A stretch of DNA of 64,000 nucleotides from Tubiluchus corallicola. Its lineage: Eukaryota; Animalia; Priapulida. The notes beneath the pieces are model-generated. The model did no database searches and had not been told where the DNA came from. It saw only the letters and a list, made by a program, of their open reading frames with translations. The stretch spans positions 55,595-119,594 of the forward strand of contig JAQGDQ010000647.1 of NCBI GenBank assembly GCA_030141605.1. Reading direction: 5' to 3'. Shown here one piece after another: positions 12,169 to 25,714 of the stretch. Made by a program: the position numbers and the translations under genes. How positions within the stretch are numbered: position 1 is the stretch's first letter; each line of letters starts with the position of its first letter.

Positions 12169-14412
12169 GAAGGGGAGGTGACTATGTAACATCGGTGAGA
12201 CAGCTAAGGGAAGGATGTAGTGACAATGTAACATCGGTGAGACAGCTAAGGGAAGGAGGTGGTGACAATGTAACACCAGTGAGACAGCTAAGGGAAGAAG
12301 GTGGTGACAATGTAACATCGGCGAGACAGCTAAGGGGAGGAGGTGGTGACAATGCAACATCAGTAAGACAGCTAAGGGAAGAAGGTGGTGACAATGTAAC
12401 ATCAGTGAGACAGCTAAGGGAAGGAGGTGGTGACAATGCAACATCAGTAAGACAGCTAAGGGAAGAAGGTGGTGACAATGTAACATCAGTGAGACAGCTA
12501 AGGGAAGGAGGTGGTGACAATGTAACATCAGTGAGACAGCTAAGGGAAGAAGGTGGTGACAATGTAACATCAGTGAGACAGCTAAGGGAAGGAGGTGGTG
12601 ACAATGCAACATCAGTAAGACAGCTAAGGGAAGAAGGTGGTGACAATGTAACATCAGTGAGACAGCTAAGGGAAGGAGGTGGTGACAATGTAACATCAGT
12701 GAGACAGCTAAGGGGAGGAGGTGGTGACAATGTAACATCAGTGAGACAGCTAAGGGAAGAAGGTGGTGACAATGTAACATCAGTGAGACAGCTAAGGGGA
12801 GGAGGTGGTGACAATGTAACATCAGTGAGACAGCTAAGGGGAGGAGGTGGTGACAATGTAACATCGGCGAGACAGCTAAGGGGAGGAGGTGGTGACAATG
12901 CAACATCAGTGAGACAGCTAAGGGAAGGAGGTGGTGACAATGTAACATCAATGAGACAGCTAAGGGGAGGAGGTGGTGACAATGTAACATCAGTGAGACA
13001 GCTAAGGGAAGGAGGTGGTGACAATGTAACATCGGTGAGACAGCTAAGGGAAGGATGTAGTGACAATGTAACATCAATGAGACAGCTAAGAGAAGAACAT
13101 GGTGACAATGTAACATCGGTGAGACAGCTAAGGGAAGGATGTAGTGACAATGTAACATCAATGAGACAGCTAAGGGAAGGAGGTGGTGACAATGCAACAT
13201 CAGTAAGACAGCTAAGGGAAGGTGGTGGTGACAATGTAACACCAGTGAGACAGCTAAGAGAAGGATGTGGTGACAATGTAACATCAGTCAGGCAGCTAAG
13301 GGAAGGAGGTGGTGACAATGTAACACCAGTGAGACAGCTAAGGGAAGGGGAGGTGACTATGTAACATCGGTGAGACAGCTAAGAGAAGAACGTGGTGACA
13401 ATGTAACATCAGTCAGGCAGCTAAGGGGAGGAGGTGGTGACAATGTAACATCAATGAGACAGCTAAGGGAAGGAGGTGGTGACAATGTAACACCAGTGAG
13501 ACAGCTAAGGGAAGGAGGTGGTGACAATGTAACACCAGTGAGACAGCTAAGGGAAGGAGGTGGTGACAATGTAACATCGGTGAGACAGCTAAGGGAAGGA
13601 GGTGGTGACAATGTAACATCGGTGAGACAGCTAAGGGAAGGATGTAGTGACAATGCAACATCGGTGAGACAGCTAAGGGAAGGAGGTGGTGACAATGTAA
13701 CACCAGTGAGACAGCTAAGGGAAGGAGGTGGTGACAATGTAACATCAGTAAGACAGCTAAGGGAAGGAGGTGGTGACAATGTAACATCGGTGAGACAGCT
13801 AAGGGAAGGTGGTGGTGACAATGCAACATCAGTGAGACAGCTGAGGGAAGGAGGTGGTGACAATGTAACATCAGTAAGACAGCTAAGGGAAGGAGGTGGT
13901 GACAATGTAACATCGGTGAGACAGCTAAGGGAAGGAGGTGGTGACAATGTAACATCGGTGAGACAGCTAAGGGAAGGTGGTGGTGACAATGCAACATCAG
14001 TGAGACAGCTGAGGGAAGGAGGTGGTGACAATGTAACATCAGTGAGACAGCTAAGAGAAGGTGGTGGTGACAATGTAACATCAGTAAGACAGCTAAGGGA
14101 AGGAGGTGGTGACAATGTAACATCGGTGAGACAGCTAAGGGAAGGTGGTGGTGACAATGCAACATCAGTGAGACAGCTGAGGGAAGGAGGTGGTGACAAT
14201 GTAACATCAGTGAGACAGCTAAGAGAAGGTGGTGGTGACAATGTAACATCAGTAAGACAGCTAAGGGAAGGAGGTGGTGACAATGTAACATCGGTGAGAC
14301 AGCTAAGGGAAGGTGGTGGTGACAATGCAACATCAGTGAGACAGCTGAGGGAAGGAGGTGGTGACAATGTAACATCAGTGAGACAGCTAAGAGAAGAACG
14401 TGGTGACAATGC
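12169..14412. repeat. 42-bp minisatellite, about 53 copies
   Basis: GTGACAATGTAACATCAGTGAGACAGCTAAGGGAAGGAGGTG. Confidence 0.95.
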
Positions 14413-14904
14413 ATGGCTAGTAAGACAGTCATTACAATGCATGACCAGTAAGAAACTTGTAAAACTTGCTTTTTGCAATTTAGGCACCAGCTCTTAACTC
14501 TGAAGTCTTGAATGCCAAGTTGTACAGCTTTGATTAGAATCCCATGATGGGGGGGGGGGGGTCATTAGCAAGATTGGTGAACTAAATGTATAGAATCACA
14601 CTTACTGCAAATGCACACTCTGCGCTTCAGTGGCTCACATGATTATACTGAAGCTCGGTAAGTAATTTAGCTGAAAGCAAGAGTTGGGTAGAGAGTCACC
14701 ATTGTATGTTCTCTTGTGTGTTATCACGACACGGTTCAGAAACTATGAATGGAATTCATTGCAGAAATGGTAAATCTAAGAGTTGAATGGGGGGAGGGGC
14801 ACAGTTGTCACAATCTTGTCTTTCTGTGTGGATAAATATCCAGACAAAATAGCTGCTACCAATTTCATTACATCGAATGGTAGAAATAGTCTCATGTATA
14901 TCTT

Positions 14905-15690
14905 ATGCAAACATAAACAGGAAAGGTCAAAGGTCAATATAACAATCGCCATGGAGGAATAGTAAACTGCCATCGTGGAATGCAAATAAGAAATGTCAAA
15001 GGTCAAAACCATAGTCGCCATTAAAAAATACCAAATTGTTATTGTGGAATCTAAACATAAACAGGAAAGGGCAAAGATCAATATAACAATCGCCATGGAG
15101 GAATAGTAAACTGCCATCGTGGAATGCAAATAAGAAAGGTCAAAGGTCAAAACCATAGTCGCCATTAAAAAATACCAAATTGCTATTGTGGAATCTAAAC
15201 ATAAACAGGAAAGGGCAAAGATCAATATAACAATCGCCATGGAGGAATAGTAAACTGCCATCGTGGAATGCAAATAAGAAAGGTCAAAGGTCAAAACCAT
15301 AGTCGCCATTAAAAAATACCAAATTGCTATTGTGGAATCTAAACATAAACAGGAAAGGGCAAAAGTCAAAACTGTAGTCACCACTGAAGCATACTAAATT
15401 ACCATTGTAAAAATAAAACGTATATAGGAAAGGTCAAAGGTCAATACCAAAGTCGCCACTGAGGAATACTAAATCGCCCTTGTGAAATGTAAACATAAAT
15501 GGGAAAGGTCAAAGGTTAAAGCTATAGTCATCATTGAGGAATATTCAGTTGCCATTATAGAATGCAAATAAGAAAAACCAAAGGTCAAAACCATAGACGC
15601 CGTTGTGAATACTAAATTGCCACTGTGGAACGCAAACATAAATAGGAAAGGTCAAAGGTCAAAATCATAATCGCCACTGAGGAATACTAA
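14905..15690. repeat. 72-bp repeat with 144-bp dimeric higher order, carrying AGGTCAAAGGTCA
   Basis: 144-bp period visible, e.g. 15137 versus 15281. Confidence 0.85.
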
Positions 15691-15908
15691 AGTGATTCTC
15701 ATGCGATTACAACAATTGTTCAAGAAGTTTCTGAACAAGACTGCACGGGAGACTAAATATCCTGATAAAAAGGCAGCAACATACTCAGGAAATTGGGTTG
15801 ACATGTCACGTGACACCAAAATGGAAAAAAGGAAACGGAAATTATACAGAAAAACTGTAAGTTTGCGCAACATTGTTGCGCACTCGTGCCTGGCAAGACG
15901 ACGTTTAA

Positions 15909-16525
15909 AGGACAAGAAAAGGGGCATCTAAAGCAAGATTCAGAAAAATCACCTTAAAAAATTACTATATTTTATAGCAATTTTATACGTCGTTCTCACG
16001 CTGAAAGTAATTTTTGTTTGTTTTCATCTTAAATATCCCGCAATACTGTTCCACCGCGCCATTACATGACGTCACCTATGCAAATGAAAACAAGGGGAAG
16101 AAAAGGAAATGTTAAATTATGTCCCAGAAGACTTTCTACGCAAATGTATATTACTTAGTATTTCACTTATCTGCTGGAAACACTTATGTAACTAGAATTA
16201 ATAATTTAAAATTTGTGCCAATTGGTAAAATGTCACTGACTCACCCTCCAGGGTGCGCCACTCACTAACCAAAAATGTATTTTTAATCTCATTGACAAGA
16301 TACAGTAATTAAAAATTTTACTTAGTTAGCAACATGTGCGCCACGAATGCTCTAATTATTTTTTCAAACTTCACGTAACTTGCTTCAAACCACTAAAATG
16401 GCTGCAACTAACGGTCATCGCTGGAGCTTAAATTTACTTGTTTAATGTAGTATTACTGCCGACGCAAGTCCTGCATGCAGAAAGCCACTGCGTGTGCGGT
16501 ACTAAATTTTAAGACGATTTTTAAG
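15909..16525. mobile_element. Family A copy; other partial copies at about 5552-6030, 10195-10360, 24435-24902, 31070-31418, 34055-34495, 40500-40757, 40959-41318
   Basis: Shared core TCACCCTCCAGGGTGCGCCACTCACTAACC and GGCTGCGCCTAACGGTCATCGC-like motifs. Confidence 0.7.
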
Positions 16526-16527
16526 CT

Positions 16528-16678
16528 ATATATATATGTATATGTATATATGTATATATGTGTATGTGTATATGTATATGTATATGTATATATGTATATA
16601 TGTATATGTATATATGTATATATGTATATGTATATATGTATATATGTATATATATATATAGATAGATAGATATAGATA
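16528..16678. repeat. (TA)/(TATG)/(GATA) microsatellite
   Basis: Seen directly. Confidence 0.9.
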
Positions 16679-16774
16679 TTTATTTATTTGTGTGATTTAT
16701 GTATGTAGAGGGTTTTCTTGTACTTTGATCATTTTCGTCACAGACGCCTGGCAAAAAAACCTTAAAGAGACGCG

Positions 16775-16966
16775 ACGCATCAAGACGTGCAACGTAATGC
16801 CTAGCAGAGAGAAGCCTAGACGCATCACGACGTGCAACGTAATGCTTAGCAGAGAGAAGCCTAGACGCATCACGACGTGCAACGTAATGCCTAGACGCAT
16901 CACGACGTGCAACGTAATGCCTAGACGCATCACGACGTGCAACGTAATGCCTAGCAGAGAGAGAAG
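16775..16966. repeat. 30-bp minisatellite
   Basis: CCTAGACGCATCACGACGTGCAACGTAATG. Confidence 0.85.
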
Positions 16967-17419
16967 CCATTGAAATCGCTCGTTCCATAGAATGCGTGCA
17001 CGCGAAGCCCCTTTTATTAATAACCTGAAGTTGATGTTGACATTTTGAGTAGAAAATGATTTAATGACTCGATTCAAAACCGACAAGGCACGTCGGCTGG
17101 CAGAAAAGAAGCCATCACGAAGCCATCGTGCAAGCGAACATGTCGTCACACGCAGTCACGCCTATAGGCAAATGGCAATTGATTCGATTAGCAATTTCTG
17201 CCACGTCTCGCTTAAAAACTCAAACTGAATATCGGGAAATTCTCGACGAATCAGGTAACAGAGCAAAAGCAAATCTCCCCCGTTTATTCCAACTTTGATT
17301 GGGGCGCGCATGACACACGCGCGATTTTATCGGAGACACGGGAATTCACTGTTTAACACTGCAGCGCTTTGCAAAAACTTTGGAAAAGCAGGCTAAATGG
17401 AGTTGGTATTACTTTTGCC

Positions 17420-17848
17420 CTGAGGCGGAACTAGGGGGGGCGCCCCCCTGCAAAATCGGACAAATAATTTTTTGCAGTGAAAATTGCGTTCGCACACAAT
17501 AAACTTGTTGTCGTAACAAAGCTGGTGTGACTTTTTGAATGACGTACCGTTCCACATTTCATTTTGACATTATTTCCTGCGTATTATTTTCTTAAAACTT
17601 GTGTGTGATAAATTTCTGTAAATAACAATTTAGTTAGAGGCACATTAATAACGTTAGGTTAACTGAGAGTTAATTTTCTCATTATTGCTCTGTCAGCTAC
17701 GCCGTCCTACACACATGCTAATTATAGGCCTGCATGCAGTATAAAAGGGGTTAAAAACTGGCTTAACCATTATTTAACCACTTCGGATACCTCGCCCTCC
17801 CAGAAAATATTTGCGCCCCCCTGTTTGCCACATCTAGTTCCGCCCCTG
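17420..17848. mobile_element. hAT-like MITE
   Basis: TIR CTGAGGCGGAACTAG / CTAGTTCCGCCCCTG; 8-bp TSD CTTTTGCC/CTTTTGTC. Confidence 0.7.
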
Positions 17849-18504
17849 CTTTTGTCATCTGTGACACACATGCAACTCTTGTCAATTCAACTATAAGTTG
17901 TACGAGCAGTCTAGTAGTGTGTCACGAACGGTGAACGGCACGCAGTATGGGAAACCATTTTTGCTATCAATAAAGAGACAAGATGTAAGGCTTTTGTAAC
18001 TATCAAAAACCAGAATCCGAGACATTATCGTCCACTTCGTCCTTTCGTCTTGCGCGGAAGTGGTGCTGACAAGCCACTGGAGTAGCAGTGTCGAGTTTTT
18101 TTGCTGGATTACTGCTGCGTTTACCTGTCTGAAGGCAGATTTCTTTTATTTTAGAATTCTGCCTGCTCAATGTCGACAATAGACGTGACGGGCGTATGAT
18201 GATGATGATGTCCACAGAAGTATGGGAATATTTTTTGTGTACATAATACTGACGGACGTTATACTTAGGCTAGTGAACAATAATGCACGCGTTTTATAAT
18301 GAGGTAAACAAAAGGACAAAGGACAAAAGGACAAAGACACTTATTTACAATCACTTGGAAAACAGACAACATTAACCAGCCGCTACTATATGGGACTCTT
18401 AACGAATACAACAAGTCTGAGACACCACAAATAAATAATACAGGTGGTCGTGAGATTCGAACTCGGGCTGCAACCCGAGCAACACCCATAGTCCGTTACC
18501 CTAA

Positions 18505-19050
18505 TTTTAGATTTAGATTTAATATTTTATTTCAAACTTCACAAAGTTCATAAACACATCACAAATTAATACAAACAATACAATAAATCATGACACACAA
18601 CAATAACACAAATAACAATTAACGATATAACAAACTACGCCAATGACGTCTAATTACAGAAGTAAAGTTTGCGTCACTGTTTAAAATGTTCTTGCATATA
18701 AAATTTTCACTCTTAAAAAGCGTGACGTATAAACTGTATGCACATTTTCTGTGAATCACATCAAAATAAATAATATTAAGTCTAGTAGAAATATATCTTG
18801 CGCTCGTATCATTTGAAAAGTTAAACAGCTTCCGTGTTGATACATTATACGCAACCTTGAGTTTGCTAAGATTGTAAGAATAAAAATGTCTCCAAGTGGA
18901 CATACAATAAAAAGTAGTGCAGTAAGCATTAAACAATTGTCTCTTCACGTTAACTGAACAGTGAGTAAATTTCATGAGTAATTTATTTGTTCTACCATAG
19001 TAAATTGAACATTGTCGTAATATATCTAAATCATCTCTATTGTCAAGAGG

Positions 19051-19089
<39 letters not shown>

Positions 19090-19270
19090 CTGATAAAATA
19101 TGACCCAGATATTTTTCCTTTTTACTAGGTACAGAACTTTTACACTGCAAAACAACAGACCCAAAAGTAAACTGCTGCATGTGGGCGGAGCGAAACGTGA
19201 CAAGTTTAGCCTTATTCACATTTACAAGGATATCATATTCTTTAGCAAATTTATTAAAAAAAACCACTCG
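18505..19270 (-). mobile_element. 5'-truncated non-LTR retrotransposon (RT thumb/C-terminus), interrupted by (TA)n at about 19053-19086
   Basis: ORF pieces KYLGHILSD and KRQLFNAYCTTFYCMSTW...KLKVAYN; minus-strand AATAAA and (AAATCT)n tail. Confidence 0.75.
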
Positions 19271-19522
19271 GCCACCCGTATTGACACCGCCGCATCAAGG
19301 AGGAGAATATAATGGAGTCAAAAGTGCATGTACTTCAACGGTTTGACATTAGTACTATGACAAATGCCTATTGTGTCCTGTTCTTGTAGTGCAAGTCTTG
19401 TCCAGCAGTTAAATCTCTTTGTGCCTGAACATCTAAACCAATCATATGTTCCTTTACAGAACGTAACAATTGTGGGAAGTAATAGGCATGTAGTTGCCAG
19501 TGGCTGTGATCTTAATTCTTAA

Positions 19523-20131
19523 AGCAAAACCGGACCAAATCTTATACTGCAGGCCAGAACAATCTACTCAATAAAATATCATCGGAAACATACTATTTTT
19601 CAGAAATGACTTACGTGAAAGAATTATTATCACACAAACACAATTTCACGTTCACGCCACTAGTTCTTCGCTGTTACAACTATTTCGCCATTTGCTAGTT
19701 AGATGGGCATTGGCGAATTGCATGAAAAACAGGTGTTGTACCTCTCAGTTCAGAGTTGTTCGTTTGTGACGTAATACATACGTTCGAGAGCACAGCGGTA
19801 AATTTAAAACTTCAATTTTTATCTTAAAATTTGCCGAGAATTTGTATATTACACTGAATGTTGTACATGCATTGCTGTGCTTTAACTTTCGCTTTGGCAA
19901 ACACGTGCATCACGCCCACGGAATGTTTGTGCTGTTGATGGTTGTATTCGTTTGTGATGTCATGAGTAGCTGGGCTCGCTCGCCTTTAATTAAATTTCTA
20001 AGCTTTTATTTAATTAACAAATATACTTTGACATTATTATATGTGTTAAAAGGTATACATTTTAACACTATTAAATACATTTAACTATACTTCAAAATGG
20101 GGTACCATATGAAATATCGTCCTGTTTTGCT
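19523..20131. mobile_element. TTAA-flanked Kolobok-like family C copy
   Basis: TTAA|AGCAAAACCGGAC...GTCCTGTTTTGCT|TTAA; at least five copies in the window. Confidence 0.78.
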
Positions 20132-20689
20132 TTAAGTTCATCAAACGGGCTCCGTGCCATCCTATTAAATCGAACGAATTATCGCATCACCACACATTCC
20201 CATTTATCAAATGTTCCCATATATTGGTTGAGATGACTTTCCGCCGTGACAATCCTATGTTATGTATGACCACATGTCATATACGCTCGCAAATGAGTAA
20301 TATTGGCGAGAAATTGATGTTTTCATTTGCCGTGACAGTGTGGGCGTATCTAGTTGATCAAATCTGCTATTAGTTATTGATTAATAATTGTTCAACTGCA
20401 GCAATTTTCTCCTGCAGTGCAGCAGTTTCCTTAAGAAAAATTACTGCATTTCACTCAGACCAGTGAGAAATCGATGTACTGCCATTTATCTATCTGGGAC
20501 GAACATCGGAGCATCAATAACATCGCGTGGTGCGGCTGCATCCGTGCAGCATCAGCAACACGCATCCATATCTGGTGAGTAAGTTACCCAGGATTTTAAT
20601 TAGCTAGGGTCAAACGCTGATATTGATTCAAGCAAATCGAAGTAGTTACTGGAAGGCCTATAGCCTGAGCTTAATAAGCTACACATAAA

Positions 20690-21500
20690 TCGTGTCAGAG
20701 AGAAATCAAAAAGGTTCCAAAATAACTCCTTGAGGGACACCCAAGTTCCTCGGACACTTTGCCGTGTCAGAAAGAAATGAAAAAAATTCAACCTATGGAA
20801 CACCCAAGCTCCCTGGGCATTTTTGCCCCGTCAGAAAGAAAGTCGAAACATTCCAAACTGACTTCCTGTGGAACACCTAAGCTCCCTGGACATTTTTACC
20901 ATGTCAGAAAGAAATGACAAACATTCCAAACTGACTTCCTGTGGAACACCCAAGCTCCCTGGACATTTTTACCATGTCAGAAAGAAATGACAAACATTAC
21001 AAACTGACTTCCAGTCAAACACTTAAGTTCCATGGATACTTGGATACTTTTGTCATGTCAGAAAGAAACAGAATAGGTCACAAAGAAATTCCCTGAGGAA
21101 AGCCCAGGTTCCCTCAACATATTCTGCCTTATCAAAAGAAGCGAAAAAAGTTTCAAATTTAATAGGTGAGGACGTCAAAATTCTCTGGGTTTGAATTAAC
21201 TCCCGGAAGGACGCCCAAGGATCCTGGGCATCTGCCGACATGCTAGAAAGACATGAAAACGTTCTTAATTAACTCCTTGAGAAAAATCCAAGTTCTTGGG
21301 ACAGTTTTTCCCGCATAATAAAGAAAGTGAGAAACATTCTAAATTAACTCCCTTAGGAACACCTGAGTTTGCTGTGTCAAAAAGCGATTAGGCTCCGAAT
21401 AAACTCCCGAAAGACACCCGAGTTTATGGAGTGCCTGACCAGAATCAAGCGAAACAGGTACCGAATTATGTCACTGGGGGACACCTGACTTCTCTGCACT
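20690..21500. repeat. Old diverged tandem repeat of about 73 bp
   Basis: GGAACACCCAAGCTCCCTGGAC...GTCAGAAAGAAA recurs, e.g. 20868 and 20941. Confidence 0.7.
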
Positions 21501-21877
21501 TTCTAGACTAGCAAGTAATGACCTTGCATCTTTAACATGGTCGAATACTTAAATTTGTCAGCAGTACAACATTTAAATATATTGCTATTGCATTTCTGCA
21601 TGCATCAGTGCCTCATTTCTGTAATGGTCATGCATTTCTTCACTACAAACATCTACGATATTTGATTCATTCATTCATAAAGATGCAAAAGCTGCAGACT
21701 AACTCCATTACGTAAACATTAATTATCATAATTTTATCAGTCAGGCTAATTTTTTGTTAGAAATTAATCACTATGACTATGATTATTTCTCTAACAATAC
21801 AATTTTGCCATTTGAGTAACGATATAAACACAATATCGCTAGACAATAACGAGAGATATAACAATCTTAGAACTAAA

Positions 21878-22591
21878 TAGGGGGTGAGGATTCTCCATCA
21901 CAAAGCGAATTCGAATCGAATCGAATTTTTGACTTTCGCATTCGAATCAACCGAATTTCAAGATTTGGAATTCAAGTCGAATTCGAATTCAGTTTGAAAG
22001 ATTGTGGAATAAAGTTTTCAATCACACTTGAGACCTCAAGAACTGGACTCGCAAAAATCATGCATATTGCTCGATTTCGTTCCGCAGTAAAATCATTGGT
22101 AATTTGTTTAAAAAGTTTGAAGGTGTCACATTTTAGAAAAAAAATCTCATTTGTATATACTTTTATTATCATGTAAGGAAAACATTTAACAACACACCAC
22201 AGGCACTTACTGAGCTCAGTTTTTATATAAGTCCCACATAACGAACAGGTGCAATGTATTAAACAACACGCAGTTGCACAGCCTGACTGAATATAAAAGC
22301 TATGTAAAGTTGTAAATACGGTAAATATGTAAACTGTCGTTAATATGTAATTAATAATGACCACTTACAAACTAGATTAATAGTTTTTCTAATACACCAC
22401 AAGTAATTGTTTAACGTGCTCATTACATAAGCAACTATAAACTGATTCTCAGAAATCACAACGGAACTGTACTGACTGCATGATGTTTCATGTGTCTTAA
22501 TGATAAAGAACATATGCAGTTAAAACGCTGAATTATTTGAATCCACAATTTTAGGTTCGAATCGAATCTGAATGTTTCAAGCTCACCCCTA
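21878..22591. mobile_element. hAT-like MITE
   Basis: TAGGGGGTGAG...CTCACCCCTA ends; TTCGAATCGAAT subterminal clusters at both ends. Confidence 0.55.
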
Positions 22592-22823
22592 GCAAATACT
22601 TTCAATTTGTAATGGATACATTTATTGTGATTTTGTAAGTTAATAAGACCAACAAAAGAGAAACATTTTCTATTCTTATGCTGTAGTTTTGGTACTACTT
22701 TCTGTATGCTAGCTAATGCACACGTGTGTCAATGTAGGCAGAATTACAATACATATTTTTATTTTGTTTTGTTTTGCTTGTTTTTGATGCATTGGTTTTG
22801 GAACATATACGTCTTTTTTCTGC

Positions 22824-23506
22824 GTCGTTTTTCTGCACGGTATATCCTCGCTTTACGACTCCCCACTTAGCATCGTTTCGTTGCACGGTATATCCTCACT
22901 TTACGACTCCCCACTTAGTGACGTTTCGTTGCACGGTATATCCTCACTTTACGACTCCCCACTTAGCGTCGTTTCGTTGCACGGTATATCCTCACTTTAC
23001 GACTCCCCACTTAGCGTCGTTTCGTTGCACGGTATATCCTCACTTTACGACTCCCCACTTAGCGTCGTTTCGTTGCACGGTATATCCTCACTTTACGACT
23101 CCCCACTTAGTGACGTTTCGTTGCACGGTATATCCTCACTTTACGACTCCCCACTTAGTGACTTTTCGTTGCACGGTATATCCTCACTTTACGACTCCCC
23201 ACTTAGTGACGTTTCGTTGCACGGTATATCCTCACTTTACGACTCCCCACTTAGCGTCGTTTCGTTGCACGGTATATCCTCACTTTACGACTCCCCACTT
23301 AGCGTCGTTTCGTTGCACGGTATATCCTCACTTTACGACTCCCCACTTAGCGACGTTTCGTTGCACGGTATATCCTCACTTTACGACTCCCCACTTACCG
23401 TCGTTTTGTTGCACGGTATATCCTCACTTTACGACTCCCCACTTAGCGACGTTTCGTTGCACGGTATATCCTCACTTTACGACTCCCCACTTAGCGACGT
23501 TTCGTT
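22824..23506. repeat. 48-bp minisatellite, about 14 copies
   Basis: CGTTTCGTTGCACGGTATATCCTCACTTTACGACTCCCCACTTAGCGT. Confidence 0.95.
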
Positions 23507-24906
23507 TTAGCGACAATTTTTCTGCCTTACTTTTAAGAACTAAAGTTTTGTTTACTGGGTTCGTATTTGTATATAGAAGCCCAATATTTAGCCCAGATCA
23601 CGATACGATATTGGGCAATAGTTTGCGCAACTAAACTGACAGCAGGCCCTCAAACACAGCTAAAGGCAAGCCATGGTGATTCACTGCTTTTCCACCTTTA
23701 GGTAAAACTCCACTTGATAAAATATACTTAACGTTTTCCTTGAAAGTTATAATTTTTTCAGGCTTTACGCAATGTCATTTAAACACATTTCAAACGGCTT
23801 ACCATTAAAATGGCTGTGCGTCATGGTCACTGCGGCAGTTTAAGCTTGTCAGGTTTATACAATGTTACTGCTAATGCAAGCCCTGCATGCAATAAGACAA
23901 ATTTTCAAACTTTATCTATGAAGAACGTTTCCTTGTGTTTTAACTGATTTGCTATCCGAGGAAACACGTGACAATGTTCTTCTCGAACAGGGCGAGTTTG
24001 AATTCCACAGAGAAGAGTCCCAGGAAAAAACGGATTCACGTGCAACCGAACGCTACATGTAAGAATGTTCGGAATGTGAATATAAACTACACGTATACAG
24101 TAAACCACGCATTGATGTCAGCCGTTCTCCATCAAGGTTCATTAATTTCCACAAAGCCATATTATGCAAAGCCAAAGCCACGTCGCTGCTATCTAAAGAG
24201 ACTGCATCATCCCTTTAATGAGCAGCATACTCAGGGTAGCAATAATAGCTAATGGCTTTCAAATGATAGCAACGGATGCTGCTGAGAACTCCGTCTATGC
24301 ATAACCGATTACGCAATCGAAAAGGCAAGCAATAATAAGTGCACCTGCAAATTTCTAACACCTGGCGTGGCTTCTCTGCTGAGGTCAAGGAAAATAGAAG
24401 CCACGTTTCGGGAATGAATGAACGTCATTTTAAAGGAAGCCCTTTACTTGTGTAAAGCGAAAAAAATTCGTCTTCAAATTTTACATCATATGTTGTCTTA
24501 TTGCATACAGAGCTTGCGTTTGCAGTAACGATGTGCATAACTTGAAAATTTAATGGCACAACCATTTTAATGGTATGTAGTTCGAAGTTAGTGTAGAAAA
24601 CACCGTTTTAAGTTTGTAAAAATAATCAGAGCATTCGTAGCACACACATCGCTAACTAGGTAAAAGTTTCAATTCTTTACATTGTCAATAAGATCAATAA
24701 TGTGTGTTTTGTGAACCAGCGATGCACAGTGGGAAGGTGAGTCAATGACGTCTTGCCAGTTGATGCGAGCGTTTTAAATTACCAAGATTTTTCCTTTCCA
24801 ATTAAATAAGTCTTTCAAACAGGTAAGCATAACGCTAAGTAATATAACTTTAAGTGGAAATTTTTTTGGAACATACTTTTCAAAATTGCCTTTTCTTTCA
24901 CTTTAA

Positions 24907-25509
24907 AGGAAGACAGGATGACATGTACTAACACATTTTCAAGTACGGTAAAAAGTATACATTTTAATAGCAATTATAGCGCAATATTTTCTGATAATTA
25001 AATAATAGATTAAAATCTTAATTAATGGCGGACGAGCCCAACTAGTGATGACATCACAAACTTACATAACTTTGACGTAATAATCAAAAATATTCCGTGA
25101 GCATGTTGCATGTGTTTGCGAAAGCGTAAATCGACGTACAGTGCTTCTCTAAGAGATTCAGTGTGTTGTATTAAAATTTGGCAAGTTTCAAGATCAAATT
25201 TCAAATCTCAAATTACCGCTGTGCTCATGCATGAGCTGTCGAATGTGTGCAGTTCGTCACAAACTAACACATCTGAACTGAGTGGTACAGCACCTGTTTT
25301 TTGTGCAATGCGTTTCCAAAATGTAGGCGTTAGTGCCCGTCTAACTAGCAAATGGCGAAATGCATATAACTACGAAGAATTAGTGGCGTGAACGTGAAAT
25401 TGTGTTTGTGCGATAATAATTCTTTCACGTAAGTCATTCTTGCAAAAATGGTATGTTTCCTTTCAAGATTTTAAATAATATTTTGTTTAACAGTGGGTCC
25501 GGTTTTGCT
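24907..25509. mobile_element. Family C copy
   Basis: TTAA|AGGAAGACAGGATG start; reverse complement of the 19523 copy. Confidence 0.75.
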
Positions 25510-25594
25510 TCAACTAAACTGCTAAAGATTTAGGCTATGTACATGGGGATTTACAAAAAACCTCTCTTCTTTTACCAAAGCTTATACATCACCA

Positions 25595-25714
25595 ATCTAC
25601 GGCCATATCACGTTGAAAACACTGGTTCTCGTCTGATCACCGAAGTTAAGCAACGTAGAGTCTGGTTAGTACTCGGATGGGCGACCGCCTAGGATTACCA
25701 GGTGCTGTAGGCTT
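25595..25714 (+). rRNA. 5S rRNA-derived sequence (solitary, diverged; head of a SINE-like element)
   Basis: About 120 nt, TCTACGGCCATATCACGTTGAAA...GATCACCGAAGTTAAGCAAC...TTAGTACTCGGATGGG...GGTGCTGTAGGCTT, with A and C boxes; followed by only 3 T, so no Pol III terminator. Confidence 0.85.

Noticed and set aside
12139-14497. Long ORFs of 339-389 aa with NVT sequons
   Set aside because: Product of a stop-free 42-bp unit, open in several frames on both strands; no unique coding flanks.
14776-15384. Hydrophobic multi-TM-like 202-aa ORF
   Set aside because: Translation of the 144-bp tandem repeat.
25595-25714. Functional 5S rRNA gene
   Set aside because: Solitary, substitutions relative to typical 5S, no oligo-T terminator; better explained as a SINE head or pseudogene.
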